Shown piece after piece: positions 7,724-16,440 of a stretch of DNA of 33,000 bases. This DNA is from Bdellovibrionota bacterium. GTDB taxonomy: Bacteria > Bdellovibrionota_C > UBA2361 > OMIW01. The number at the start of each line of letters is the position of its first letter. Positions within the stretch are counted from its first letter, which is position 1. The position numbers were made by a program, and so were the translations under genes. Location: assembly GCA_044345055.1 (NCBI GenBank), contig JBIJBT010000025.1, forward strand, positions 1 through 33,000. The letters run 5' to 3'. A model generated the notes under the pieces. It saw only the letters and a program-made list of their open reading frames with translations, was not told the origin of the DNA and made no database searches.

Positions 7724-8836
7724 TCATTTACTCATCTTTTTGAAAGATTTCCCGATCTTTTCAGCCGATTTCCCCTCTTTGTCAAAAGACTTTTTCATAG
7801 TTCCTAACGTCGGAGGAAAACCGTTAAATCGTCTCCATAACTCATACCAAAGTGGTACGGTATCGAGCATTATCCATCCCTTAGAGCGTACTCCTTGGCG
7901 CAGGATTGGACGAGTTGGCCAAGGATCCTCTTCCTGATCGGGCTCGACGAGAATTCGAAACTTTCCTCCTCCGCTGTCGCTAGGATCGATTGTTTTAATT
8001 GATCCACCAAATGTTCCTACAGCCACAGATGGCCAACCACTAAACTGAATTGCTGGCCAGCCCTCAAATTGCAGCCGAACTTTTCGACCAATCTTGAGAA
8101 GAGGCAGATCGTTTCCATCGATAAAAAGTTCGACAACAAGTTCATCGGTATCTGGAGCGAGTGTCGCGAGAGTATCCCCTTCCTTTATGACGGCTCCACC
8201 TTGTGGAAAGTAAATCCGCATTATTTGACCCTTTCGGGGAGCAACTACCTGTTGCATCGCCTGACGTGATAGTTTGCTCTGAATTTCTACGAGGTCTTTT
8301 TCTTTCGCAGATACCTCAGCAAGAAACTTGTTATACTCAAGCTTTGCAAGTTCATAGTCCCGCTGAGATTTTAGACCACGATCGGCTAGATTTTTTTGAC
8401 GCGCAAGATTGCGATTTGAGGTTTCGAGTGCTACTCGAGATGCTTCTAATGCCTGTTGAGTGGCGACTAATTGCATCTTGATTCGCTCAAAGTATTGAGG
8501 ATCAAAGTCGGTTATATCAGCAATCGGATCCCCCGCTTCAACCTCAGCACCCTCGACAACATGCCACTTCAAGATTAGGCCTTTAACAGGGGCATTTACC
8601 TTCTGTAGTCGCTCGTTTGGGTGATAAGGAACGACCGAGCCTGCTCCCCAACTAGTTTGTTGCCACGGTAGAGAGGATATAAGAATAACTGCGCTTATAA
8701 GAGCAAAGACAAGAGCATAAGCAAGCCGCTTCGCCGAAACGGTCGGACGAACAATGTCGAGTGAGATAAGTTGCGGGTCTCTCTCTTTACCTAATTCGCT
8801 CGCAGACGGGTATACATCAAATCGGGGTTTATCCAT
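7724..8836 (-). CDS. HlyD-family membrane fusion (periplasmic adaptor) protein
   Basis: Single N-terminal TM, lipoyl-like VNAPVKG...VVEGAEVEAGDPI, coiled coil, VVAPRKG, beta-barrel with FEGWPAIQFSGWPSVAVGTFGG. Start moved to the ATG at 8836 (GGAGG RBS, 8-nt overlap with the ABC stop). Confidence 0.92.
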   Translation of the reverse strand: MDKPRFDVYPSASELGKERDPQLISLDIVRPTVSAKRLAYALVFALISAVILISSLPWQQTSWGAGSVVPYHPNERLQKVNAPVKGLILKWHVVEGAEVEAGDPIADITDFDPQYFERIKMQLVATQQALEASRVALETSNRNLARQKNLADRGLKSQRDYELAKLEYNKFLAEVSAKEKDLVEIQSKLSRQAMQQVVAPRKGQIMRIYFPQGGAVIKEGDTLATLAPDTDELVVELFIDGNDLPLLKIGRKVRLQFEGWPAIQFSGWPSVAVGTFGGSIKTIDPSDSGGGKFRILVEPDQEEDPWPTRPILRQGVRSKGWIMLDTVPLWYELWRRFNGFPPTLGTMKKSFDKEGKSAEKIGKSFKKMSK

Positions 8837-10553
8837 TGTCTGCCTCCATTGCAAGGCGGAGCGTCTTGTCTTTTAATTCGTATGACCTATCGAATAGGGG
8901 CTGTAAATAAGGGTTATGGGTGAGTACGATCAAGGTCCACGGAGCATCCTCGCGACAGATCGCGGGAATTATCGCGCTGGTTAACGCATCAAGGTCAAAG
9001 GTGTCGATCGCCTCATCGATGATAAGTAGGCGGGGGCGATGGAGCATGGCGCGAGCTATCATTAATCGATAGGCCTGCCCTTTTGATAGAGGCCAAGAAT
9101 CCTCTCCGAGAACGGTATTGAGCTGTTCTGGAAGTTGCTCAACATCAGTAAGTAAAGCCACACTCTGTAGCGCCTCTCGAACCGCCTTCAGCGAAAGATC
9201 GGTGCGCCCGAGGCGTAGATTTTCCTCGATAGTACCGCGAAAAACCTCAATACCACGAACGAGAGCTACCTGACGTCGAACGCTTTCGCTTTTTATATCG
9301 AAAAGACTGTGCCCATCAATTTCAATAACTCCGGAGGTCGGATAAGCTAATTCATACAGCAGTTCACCGAGGAGACTTTTACCCGATGAGTTCGGACCGG
9401 CGATAACGGTTCTACTACCAGGACTGAAATTTACCGAAACATTTTTAAGTATCTCTCTTCCGGATTCTGATATAAATCCTACCCCTTTAAATGAAACAGT
9501 CGCAGGATCGGAATTATTAGGTAGCTCTTCTCCTTCACCTGATTCCAGCGGAATATCGAGCAAAGAATCAAGCTTGGAAAGAGATGCAGTCATATCGTAG
9601 AGGGTCTCGAGCATCTTTGCGAATTTCGTAATGCCGGTGAGGACCCCTGAAACGATTAGTTCCGACGCGACTAGTTGACCTAGCGTCAACGTTTCTTCAA
9701 TTACGAGGACTCCACCGATTCCGAGTAATGCTGCTCCTGCAACGGCCTGCAGAGAAAAAAAGGCGATATATTGTCGAAAGACTATTTTAAAATGACGCTT
9801 ACGGTATGAGAGATAATCAGCAACGCACGAATCCGCTCGCTCTAATCCAAACTTTGCACAATAGGGATCTTTAAAAAGGATTGGACTGCCTGCCAAATTT
9901 TCCAACCACACCAGGACGCCGTGTTTTGCTGTTGATTCCTTTTGGCTCGTACGAAATGCGCCCCGACCGAGGGCAAAAAGAATAAATACTGTGAGGACGA
10001 TAAGAGTCAAAGAGAATGCAAGCAGCACCGGATGGTAAAAGGCTAAAATCAGAAGCCCTATCGTTCCCTGAAGTAGTATTGCCACACCATCTAGCAATAG
10101 CTTCGATATCGATTTTTGAACGAGAACCACCTCGAAAAATCGGTTCATCAGCTGAGGAGCATACTCTCGTTTGCTTGCAACGAGCGATAAAAATGGTATT
10201 CGCCGAGCTAGATCGAGAGCGACTCTTACAAATAATCTCTGCTGCAAAAGCTCGACAACAAGAATCTGAGCGAGGCTAAAAAGGCCAGAAAGACCCATCC
10301 CTGCAAGGACAAGAAGAGACAGGATAGCGACGGGTTGTAATATAGATCCGAATGCTACTGAATTGACTAGTGCCTGTACGCCGATAGGTAGAACTAGCGA
10401 GAGGACCCCAATTCCAAGAGCGTAAAAAATAACGACCTTGAAATCACCCGTTTCAGCATGAAAGAGTATCCGAAAATATTCATAGGGCGAGCGATGCTGA
10501 TGTCTCGATATTTCTTCGATAGAATCGTGTGAGGTCGCTTCAGTCATCGTCAA
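8829..10553 (-). CDS. ABC exporter, fused transmembrane and ATP-binding domains (type I secretion-like), no C39 peptidase domain
   Basis: About 6 TM helices, Walker A GPNSSGKS, signature LSKGQ, Walker B LLIIDE, H-loop LTH. An alternative ATG start lies at 10547. Confidence 0.92.
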   Translation of the reverse strand: MTMTEATSHDSIEEISRHQHRSPYEYFRILFHAETGDFKVVIFYALGIGVLSLVLPIGVQALVNSVAFGSILQPVAILSLLVLAGMGLSGLFSLAQILVVELLQQRLFVRVALDLARRIPFLSLVASKREYAPQLMNRFFEVVLVQKSISKLLLDGVAILLQGTIGLLILAFYHPVLLAFSLTLIVLTVFILFALGRGAFRTSQKESTAKHGVLVWLENLAGSPILFKDPYCAKFGLERADSCVADYLSYRKRHFKIVFRQYIAFFSLQAVAGAALLGIGGVLVIEETLTLGQLVASELIVSGVLTGITKFAKMLETLYDMTASLSKLDSLLDIPLESGEGEELPNNSDPATVSFKGVGFISESGREILKNVSVNFSPGSRTVIAGPNSSGKSLLGELLYELAYPTSGVIEIDGHSLFDIKSESVRRQVALVRGIEVFRGTIEENLRLGRTDLSLKAVREALQSVALLTDVEQLPEQLNTVLGEDSWPLSKGQAYRLMIARAMLHRPRLLIIDEAIDTFDLDALTSAIIPAICREDAPWTLIVLTHNPYLQPLFDRSYELKDKTLRLAMEADNG

Positions 10554-10773
10554 TCCGTTGGTAGGAAGAAGATCTCTAACGTCCTTCGATAAGGTAACAC
10601 AGCAGCTTGGGCGAAGCTCTGCGAAACCTGATACTCAGGGCAGGACTATGAGAACAGAATGAAGTTAGGTCCACAAGGGGAGCAGCGAACGTTCTGCTAC
10701 CTTATTAGAAAGCTGCGGATATGGCGGGAAAAGTTGATTCTTGTTAGTTGGAGTTTTAGTATTAAAACAGGGT

Positions 10774-10826
10774 AAGGGCACAAGAATCGGCGAAATCGAG
10801 GCCTTTTTGTGCCTTTTGTTTTTTTT
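10774..10826. terminator. Possible terminator-like stem-loop downstream of the FlgM-like gene
   Basis: ggcacaa (10777-10783) and ttgtgcc (10807-10813) form an inverted repeat with a long loop. The T-tract is on the plus strand, so the orientation is ambiguous. Confidence 0.35.
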
Positions 10827-10834
10827 CTTCTTTT

Positions 10835-11065
10835 CTACGAAGATTTATTGTCGCTCGTGCTGGTCTCGTGCGGATCTGAAGGCTCACTTACAAGAGATTC
10901 GGCTACATCGGAGCTAGATACGGAATATTTACCCGCAGCTATCTCGGCTTTGATCCTCTCAGCCTTTCTCATACGCTCTGCTAACCATTGTAATGAAAGA
11001 GAGGTTAGACTTCTTTTTCTGGGAATGGCGTTTACGTTTTTATTATCCTCTGAATCTGTGCTCAT
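10835..11065 (-). CDS. flgM: FlgM-like anti-sigma28 factor (short)
   Basis: RKAERIKAEIAAGKYSVSSSDVAESL matches the FlgM C-terminal pattern (KV..IK.AI..G.Y.VD...IA..L). GGGAG RBS; sigma28-like promoter 36 bp upstream. Confidence 0.72.
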   Translation of the reverse strand: MSTDSEDNKNVNAIPRKRSLTSLSLQWLAERMRKAERIKAEIAAGKYSVSSSDVAESLVSEPSDPHETSTSDNKSS

Positions 11066-11101
11066 GATACTCCCTCTCGGAAACTGCTCTCTGTAGAACT
11101 A

Positions 11102-11129
11102 TGTTCGGCAGAATATTGCAGGTACTTGA
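11102..11129 (-). promoter_or_regulatory. Sigma28 (FliA)-like promoter of the flgM-like gene
   Basis: Minus strand TCAA-N16-GCCGAACA versus consensus TAAA-N15/16-GCCGATAA. Confidence 0.65.
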
Positions 11130-11374
11130 GGTTTTTACTGCTGAACGGGAGGAAAGGTTTGATTAGAGTGGATTTAAAAAAAAAGAACCGCCTTGGCAGA
11201 TATGGTTGCAACAGGCAGAAACTTGGGCTAAGAAAAGGTCGTAGATGCAAGAGGGATGAGTTTCGAGTAAGAGGTTCCTCTCTCTTTGAAGTTGCATGTA
11301 TCCACAAAATTAATTTTTTCCAAAGTCTTCGATGTCATCAGGCATCGAGAATTATTTAAACAAGGAGTTCATGA

Positions 11375-11665
11375 ATGGAAGTCCTTCTTTTTGAAAGAGT
11401 ATCGGGCGAAAACTTAACGAATAATAATTTCGAAATGGGTGCAACTCTTCGCTTTTATGGAAATTTGAGCGCAACGCCGTCTACAATCCCTGAGACTCCT
11501 ACCAAGCCTGAGAGAGAAGCCCCTCCCGAAGAGTCTCCAACAGTAGCTCCGCCTTCACCTTGGGCGCCTGCAACAAAACCGCACGAGTGTCCGCGGCCTG
11601 ATAGGGAAGGTCTACCTTTTTGCGTTTATAATACAATCCTTACGGGAGTTCGCCGATCCGATTGA
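11375..11665 (+). CDS. Small Pro-rich hypothetical protein (96 aa)
   Basis: Strong RBS AAGGAG 7 nt before the ATG. Pro/Thr/Glu-rich middle, then HECPRPDREGLPFC. Fills an otherwise empty interval. Confidence 0.65.
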   Translation: MEVLLFERVSGENLTNNNFEMGATLRFYGNLSATPSTIPETPTKPEREAPPEESPTVAPPSPWAPATKPHECPRPDREGLPFCVYNTILTGVRRSD

Positions 11666-11766
11666 AATTTTAATTTTGTAAGATTTAGGGGGGTATCAGT
11701 TTTTACCCCAAAAACTGCTCCTACCCTCCCGACACCGATAGCGATCCAGCGACCCAACAACATAAC

Positions 11767-11800
11767 AAAAAAGGGTGCCCACCTCTAAAAGCGGACACCC
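11767..11800 (-). terminator. Rho-independent terminator of the pilin-like gene
   Basis: Minus strand gggtgtccgctt-ttag-aggtgggcaccc (12-bp stem with G-U pairs) followed by TTTTTT, 29 bp after the stop. Confidence 0.8.
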
Positions 11801-11829
11801 TTCCATCTCTCAAGCTATCAACGCTTTAA

Positions 11830-12219
11830 CTATATCGACTTCATAGTAGAATCGTTGAACCATGTCGATACGAGAGACCGGAGGATAAACGAGCCGACTG
11901 CAACGACCAAGAGGCCGAGTGCCGCGCGATAACCACCGAAAGCAGCACTCAGAATAGCTGCTATCCCGGAACACACCATAATGAGTGCACCGAAACTTCC
12001 GTGTATGTACGTCATGATGACATCGGCGGCCTCGGCAACCCGGTCATCATTGAAATTCGCTATCGGGTTGTACGCTTCCGCTGGGCTCGATAAACCCGCA
12101 AACAGAAGAGCAAATCCTCCCAAGAGGAGCATAGATTGAAGTTGAGCTGAAGAAGGAGCAACAAGCATCGCTCCCACTCGGCGACTTAATGATTCTAATT
12201 TTTTTGGTAAGCGACTCAT
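11830..12219 (-). CDS. Small membrane protein, VirB2/TrbC pilin-like
   Basis: Long basic-then-hydrophobic leader ending in AEA, then an ~80-aa mature part with two Gly/Ala-rich hydrophobic helices separated by GGYR. The ATG at 12219 is preferred to the TTG at 12252. Confidence 0.6.
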   Translation of the reverse strand: MSRLPKKLESLSRRVGAMLVAPSSAQLQSMLLLGGFALLFAGLSSPAEAYNPIANFNDDRVAEAADVIMTYIHGSFGALIMVCSGIAAILSAAFGGYRAALGLLVVAVGSFILRSLVSTWFNDSTMKSI

Positions 12220-12369
12220 CGCGAGACCCCCATAAAGAAAAACACTTTCCAAGGTTATACCAAAAGCTTAATACTACGTCTCTTAAATTTTACTTAGACT
12301 GGAAGTTTTTTTTATTGAGATCAAATTGGATAGCGATTTCAACAATCTAGCAACGGATTATTTTTTTGT

Positions 12370-12903
12370 TTACCGCTGAGCTAGTTGAGCGCGAGGGTGC
12401 GGAGGTATAAAGCTTCGTCGGTCATTTTCCGCTGTAATTACCCCGAAACCCCAGTCGAATTCGACATCTGAAGAGTTAAAAGGGATGCGGCCCTCATCCA
12501 GTGGGTTATAGGGATGACTTGTTACATAAAGCAGATGTGCTTCGTCCGTTAATACTTTGCACCCGTGCAAAACTCCAGGAGGAATCTTGACACACAGCGG
12601 CTCTGCACCAGCCATGATTTCAGTTTCTCCCATCATTAATTTCATCTGCTCTTGATAGGTCGGGCTCTCCGGCCGATTATCAACTAAAACTGTCTGTATG
12701 GCACCAAATGGAACGTACCACCAATCGGTCTGGATATGGTGAAAATGCCAAGCCTTAACGACGTTTTTAGTCATTTTGCTATGGCTCCATTGACCAAAAG
12801 TACCCCCAGAAAATAGCGGATCGGTTTCTCGAATTACTTCTCGGAAAAAACCTCGCTCATCACCGTGAGAAATGAGCTTTTTAACGATAACTCCCTCAAT
12901 CAT
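12370..12903 (-). CDS. dTDP-4-dehydrorhamnose 3,5-epimerase (RmlC)-family cupin
   Basis: MIEGV...DERGFFRE, VVKAWHFH, DNRPESPT, IPPGVLHG. The ATG at 12903 lies 13 bp after the sua5 stop. Confidence 0.85.
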   Translation of the reverse strand: MIEGVIVKKLISHGDERGFFREVIRETDPLFSGGTFGQWSHSKMTKNVVKAWHFHHIQTDWWYVPFGAIQTVLVDNRPESPTYQEQMKLMMGETEIMAGAEPLCVKIPPGVLHGCKVLTDEAHLLYVTSHPYNPLDEGRIPFNSSDVEFDWGFGVITAENDRRSFIPPHPRAQLAQR

Positions 12904-12916
12904 CTTTATCTCTCTC

Positions 12917-13942
12917 TCAAACAAATCGAGCGCTTGCTCGGTACAGTCGGTCAAGCATAGCTAGGCCAATTCCTTCATCTGGCAGTTCGTCGACAACGAT
13001 AGCATCCAAATCTAAATCATCCAATTCTCGGAGTACCGCATATAACCGCGATGCAGCTTCAGCAGCGTTTCCCTGAGGGCTTAATATTCGCACTTCTACG
13101 GCTGGGATACTAAGAGCCGTGGCTGGAGAAAAGGAGACCCAGCCGATATTTCCTGAGGATTGAATAGCGCTTTCCCATTGGCTTTTCAGAAAAAGAGGAG
13201 TTCGAGGTGCATAATGAACCCGGTTGAGGCCAGGTGAGCGAGCAAGCCCTGCGGTTCCAGAGCTTCCTCCAATAGCTGGAGCTTCAACAGCTTCTTTTAG
13301 GGCAGTTTCAAGGGCTTCTCGAGAGATTAAACCAGAACGAAGAATAAGTGGTCTTGGAACAGAGAGATCTAAAACCGTTGATTCTAGACCGATGTCACAC
13401 GGCCCACCATCGATTATGGGCAGGCCCTGATCGGGAAACTCTTTGAGAACGTGTGAGGCCTTTGTTGGGCTGATATAATTCGAGCGGTTTGCGCTCGGGG
13501 CGGCGATCGGTGTTGGCACTATTGAAAGGAGAGATTGAGCGATTGGATGAGCTGGTACCCTTACTGCAACGGTGATTCCCCCCGCTCGCACTGCTGAGAC
13601 AGTTTTGTCGATTCGGGCGGGCAATACAACAGTAAGAGGACCGGGTGTTAAAAATTGAAGCCGTGTTAAGCGATCTTGAATGAGCGGGCTATCTAAGAGA
13701 GCTACCTCATCTGCGCGATCGAGCGAGGTTAGGTGAACTATGAGGGGATTCGTGGGAGGCCGACCTTTGAGGGTAAAGATTCGCTCAATCGCTGAACCCG
13801 AAGAGACTATTCCACCCAACCCATAGACCGTTTCAGTTGGAAATGCTGCCACGCCTCCCTCTTCAAGTAGCTTTGCAACCTCTGAAATATCTTCCGGATT
13901 GGCCGTAACTATACGGGATTTTTGTCTGCTGATTTCAACCAC
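12917..13942 (-). CDS. tsaC: L-threonylcarbamoyladenylate synthase, Sua5 type (YrdC plus SUA5 domains)
   Basis: VAAFPTETVYGLG, KGRPPTNPLIVH, PGPLT, AAPSANRS, GLESTV, SPG...HYAP, LYAVLRELD. Likely GTG start at 13942 after AAGGAG (the ORF track starts at 14002). Confidence 0.95.
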   Translation of the reverse strand: MVEISRQKSRIVTANPEDISEVAKLLEEGGVAAFPTETVYGLGGIVSSGSAIERIFTLKGRPPTNPLIVHLTSLDRADEVALLDSPLIQDRLTRLQFLTPGPLTVVLPARIDKTVSAVRAGGITVAVRVPAHPIAQSLLSIVPTPIAAPSANRSNYISPTKASHVLKEFPDQGLPIIDGGPCDIGLESTVLDLSVPRPLILRSGLISREALETALKEAVEAPAIGGSSGTAGLARSPGLNRVHYAPRTPLFLKSQWESAIQSSGNIGWVSFSPATALSIPAVEVRILSPQGNAAEAASRLYAVLRELDDLDLDAIVVDELPDEGIGLAMLDRLYRASARFV

Positions 13943-14016
13943 ACTACTCCTTAGAAGAATATCGGCAGGCGACGGTTGGGTACCATATATTAGGAAACCC
14001 AACTATTATGGCTCTG

Positions 14017-14511
14017 CTAAGGTCTAAGTAGCTCTGGATTTTGGGGCTTCATTCGACATCTGTCGAGTGCTGAGGAAAATTGAAAAATCTCCGAAGAGCT
14101 GACATGACGATTTTTTAGGGTTTCCTCGAGGCTCCGATCGAAGCGATCGACGCAGGAGAAATCTACTCTATTTTCTGAGATTGAGATGGAATCTGTCTGA
14201 ACGTTTTCACCTTCTCCCGTAGATTCATAAGACCACCGACGAAATGCCAGGGCACCCAAATCTGAGCCTTCACAGTGTGAATCGAGAGAAACCTCGAAAA
14301 TACAGCTTGATCGTTGCTCCGAGGGTAGTGAGAGACAGGGGGCAAGTAGGTCTGCACACTGGCGAGCCGCTCCGTTAAAACGAAACGACGCACGGATATC
14401 CGCGGTTGCTGGAGTCGAGGTCTGACTACCTACGATAATTATGGTCAATGCTGTGCCTGCGATACCCAGTCGCCCAATCAATTTAAAAATTCCTAACTGG
14501 CGCATCGACAA
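14017..14511 (-). CDS. Hypothetical exported protein with six cysteines
   Basis: N-terminal signal-like segment ending ATA; 6 Cys in the mature part; AGAGG RBS. Confidence 0.7.
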   Translation of the reverse strand: MSMRQLGIFKLIGRLGIAGTALTIIIVGSQTSTPATADIRASFRFNGAARQCADLLAPCLSLPSEQRSSCIFEVSLDSHCEGSDLGALAFRRWSYESTGEGENVQTDSISISENRVDFSCVDRFDRSLEETLKNRHVSSSEIFQFSSALDRCRMKPQNPELLRP

Positions 14512-14833
14512 TCCTCTTGAACGGTTGGACTCAATTAAGTGAGAGCACCCTGATTCTATCTAAATATAACGAAAAATACTCGATCCTCGTTGCCGTTTCT
14601 TTAGCCAATCTACTGATACTACTTTTAATCTGAGCCTCTAGTTCTTTAACAAAAACTGACTCAAAGGATTTGCTCAACAGAGCCACCTCGAACTAAAACG
14701 GAATTTTAACTTAAGTCGTAAAGGAGGTCAAAAAGAGCAAAAGCGGTAATATGAGGGCGCCAACGGTATGAATGCTTTAATTCGTTCTAAGCCCTCATCG
14801 ACCATAATATTGAGCAAAAACTGGACAAAGGGG

Positions 14834-15208
14834 TTATCCCGCTTTCGGTGCCCATGAGTTGCACCACCCTCCGGCTGCTACCAATCCATTTGCAAATATC
14901 ATGCATTTGCCCCAATCCCCCTCTTTGCCTTCCGCTTTAAGTCCACCGAGCTGGTAAAATTGGCAACTAGAGCAGAGCTGTTTGCCGCCCTCTGGACCTG
15001 AGCGTTTTGGATATTTTGTTGCGTCTACTGTCGATGCATCGTGACGATACCCCAGACCGATCGCCATGGGATCATTTTCATCGAGCGGCTTGGTCGGAAC
15101 TGGTTGAGCATGAGATGGGGATGGGTTGCTGATATTTGTTACAAACGGGACTGCGGCGATAATCGCGAGTGATCTTTTCAGAAACGTACGACGACTTGGA
15201 GGCTGCAT
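14834..15208 (-). CDS. High-potential iron-sulfur protein (HiPIP) with Tat signal
   Basis: SRRTFLK twin-arginine leader; DPMAIGLGY; CSSCQFY...GKCMIF...GWCNSW four-Cys HiPIP pattern. Confidence 0.93.
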   Translation of the reverse strand: MQPPSRRTFLKRSLAIIAAVPFVTNISNPSPSHAQPVPTKPLDENDPMAIGLGYRHDASTVDATKYPKRSGPEGGKQLCSSCQFYQLGGLKAEGKEGDWGKCMIFANGLVAAGGWCNSWAPKAG

Positions 15209-15346
15209 AAATATTCTCCAAAAAGAGGTTAATTAGAGGAGGTCTTTCGCCTCCGAGTCGATAAATGAGAATCAACGTTACCTTAGGAGATGCTATTATA
15301 TTGGAGTAAAGAGTGAAAGGGACAAACGCTCGATGTCATAGCCTAC

Positions 15347-16387
15347 CTAGCGAGCAATTTCCTCGTCCTCTTGATTTTCAAAAGAAATGCCGAGCTCGCA
15401 GGCAGCATATGGCGGAAGGTCGGTCGCGGCTCGGAGAAACCATGGAGAAAGTTGACGGGGGTTAGACCGAACATTCTGAGTTGCTTGTAAGATGCGCTCT
15501 TCGGCGGTTTTGTCGAAAAGTCGGCTCTTGAATCCTTTTTGAAATGTTCCGGTTTCGTGAATTTGTGTGATGCACTCGGGTGCTAGTGCAAAAGGGCTGT
15601 CCTCTGATTCGCTGTGAAAAGCTCCTCGTAATCGAGCGTCAAAACCCGACCAGGTCGCGAGCGCATAAGCTACCTGTCGATGAGAGCAGGATAATAATTC
15701 TAGCTCTACATCTGTATCGAATATTTTTTGTTCTAACCTAAGTCGCTCCTGTATTTTTTCAAATGAGTCTATTTTAACTGATGCTTGAGCTAAAAAAGAA
15801 ATGTAGTCTAAAAATCCAATTATTAAACCACAGCCCAACCCAATCTCGGGAGAATGACGACCAATAAGCCCTCCAATAAACGAGTGGGCTACAATTTTTT
15901 CCTGATTAGCGACCCAGATTCCCTCGGAAATTACCCTACGACAGGTTCGGGCAAAATATGTTGAGGTAATAACCGCAAGCAATTCGTCCGGGTCAAAAAG
16001 TGAAATTAGCTTCGCTTTTGTAAGTGGCCTGATGGCGAAGAGCTGAGCCGGATAATATTCCTGAGCGGCAAAAAATAGGGCAGATGCCAACGTCGGTGAT
16101 ACTTTCACCAGAAAAGATGCGGATTGATGGGCAAATAGACGAAAGCTATCCGATTCCCTTGAGGTTGCGTTTGTTTTTGCGTTTGAGATTGATCGAATCA
16201 CATCCGAAACAAGCCCATTGGGAGGTCCTAATACGACCGATTGAGCCTTCGCAATATCCCAACTCTCCGAAGAGAGATTAGCTCTTTGAGTCACATCTTT
16301 ATTGGCGGAACGGGCATTTCTTCTCTCAGAACATCTTGTCGCCGTAACAGCTCCAACCGTTGTGCGCTTTGATGTGTTCGTGACCAC
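15347..16387 (-). CDS. Divergent HDOD-domain protein
   Basis: SPTLASALF, GLIIGFLDYIS (degenerate GLLHDIG), ELELLSCSHRQVAYALATWSGF (E...G..H..VG..L...W.F pattern). Confidence 0.6.
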   Translation of the reverse strand: MVTNTSKRTTVGAVTATRCSERRNARSANKDVTQRANLSSESWDIAKAQSVVLGPPNGLVSDVIRSISNAKTNATSRESDSFRLFAHQSASFLVKVSPTLASALFFAAQEYYPAQLFAIRPLTKAKLISLFDPDELLAVITSTYFARTCRRVISEGIWVANQEKIVAHSFIGGLIGRHSPEIGLGCGLIIGFLDYISFLAQASVKIDSFEKIQERLRLEQKIFDTDVELELLSCSHRQVAYALATWSGFDARLRGAFHSESEDSPFALAPECITQIHETGTFQKGFKSRLFDKTAEERILQATQNVRSNPRQLSPWFLRAATDLPPYAACELGISFENQEDEEIAR

Positions 16388-16440
16388 GAAGAACTCCGCT
16401 TGAGGGGAAAAAGGACCCTTTTAAAATATGTCCGATGAGG

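Noticed and set aside
10809..11359. ORFs 10809-11096 (+), 11062-11307 (-) and 11126-11359 (+)
   Set aside because: They are antisense to flgM or run across its promoter, and have no convincing RBS or protein-like composition.
14720..14771. Perfect AAGGAGGT in the intergenic region
   Set aside because: The nearest ATG is over 20 nt away and opens only 6 codons.
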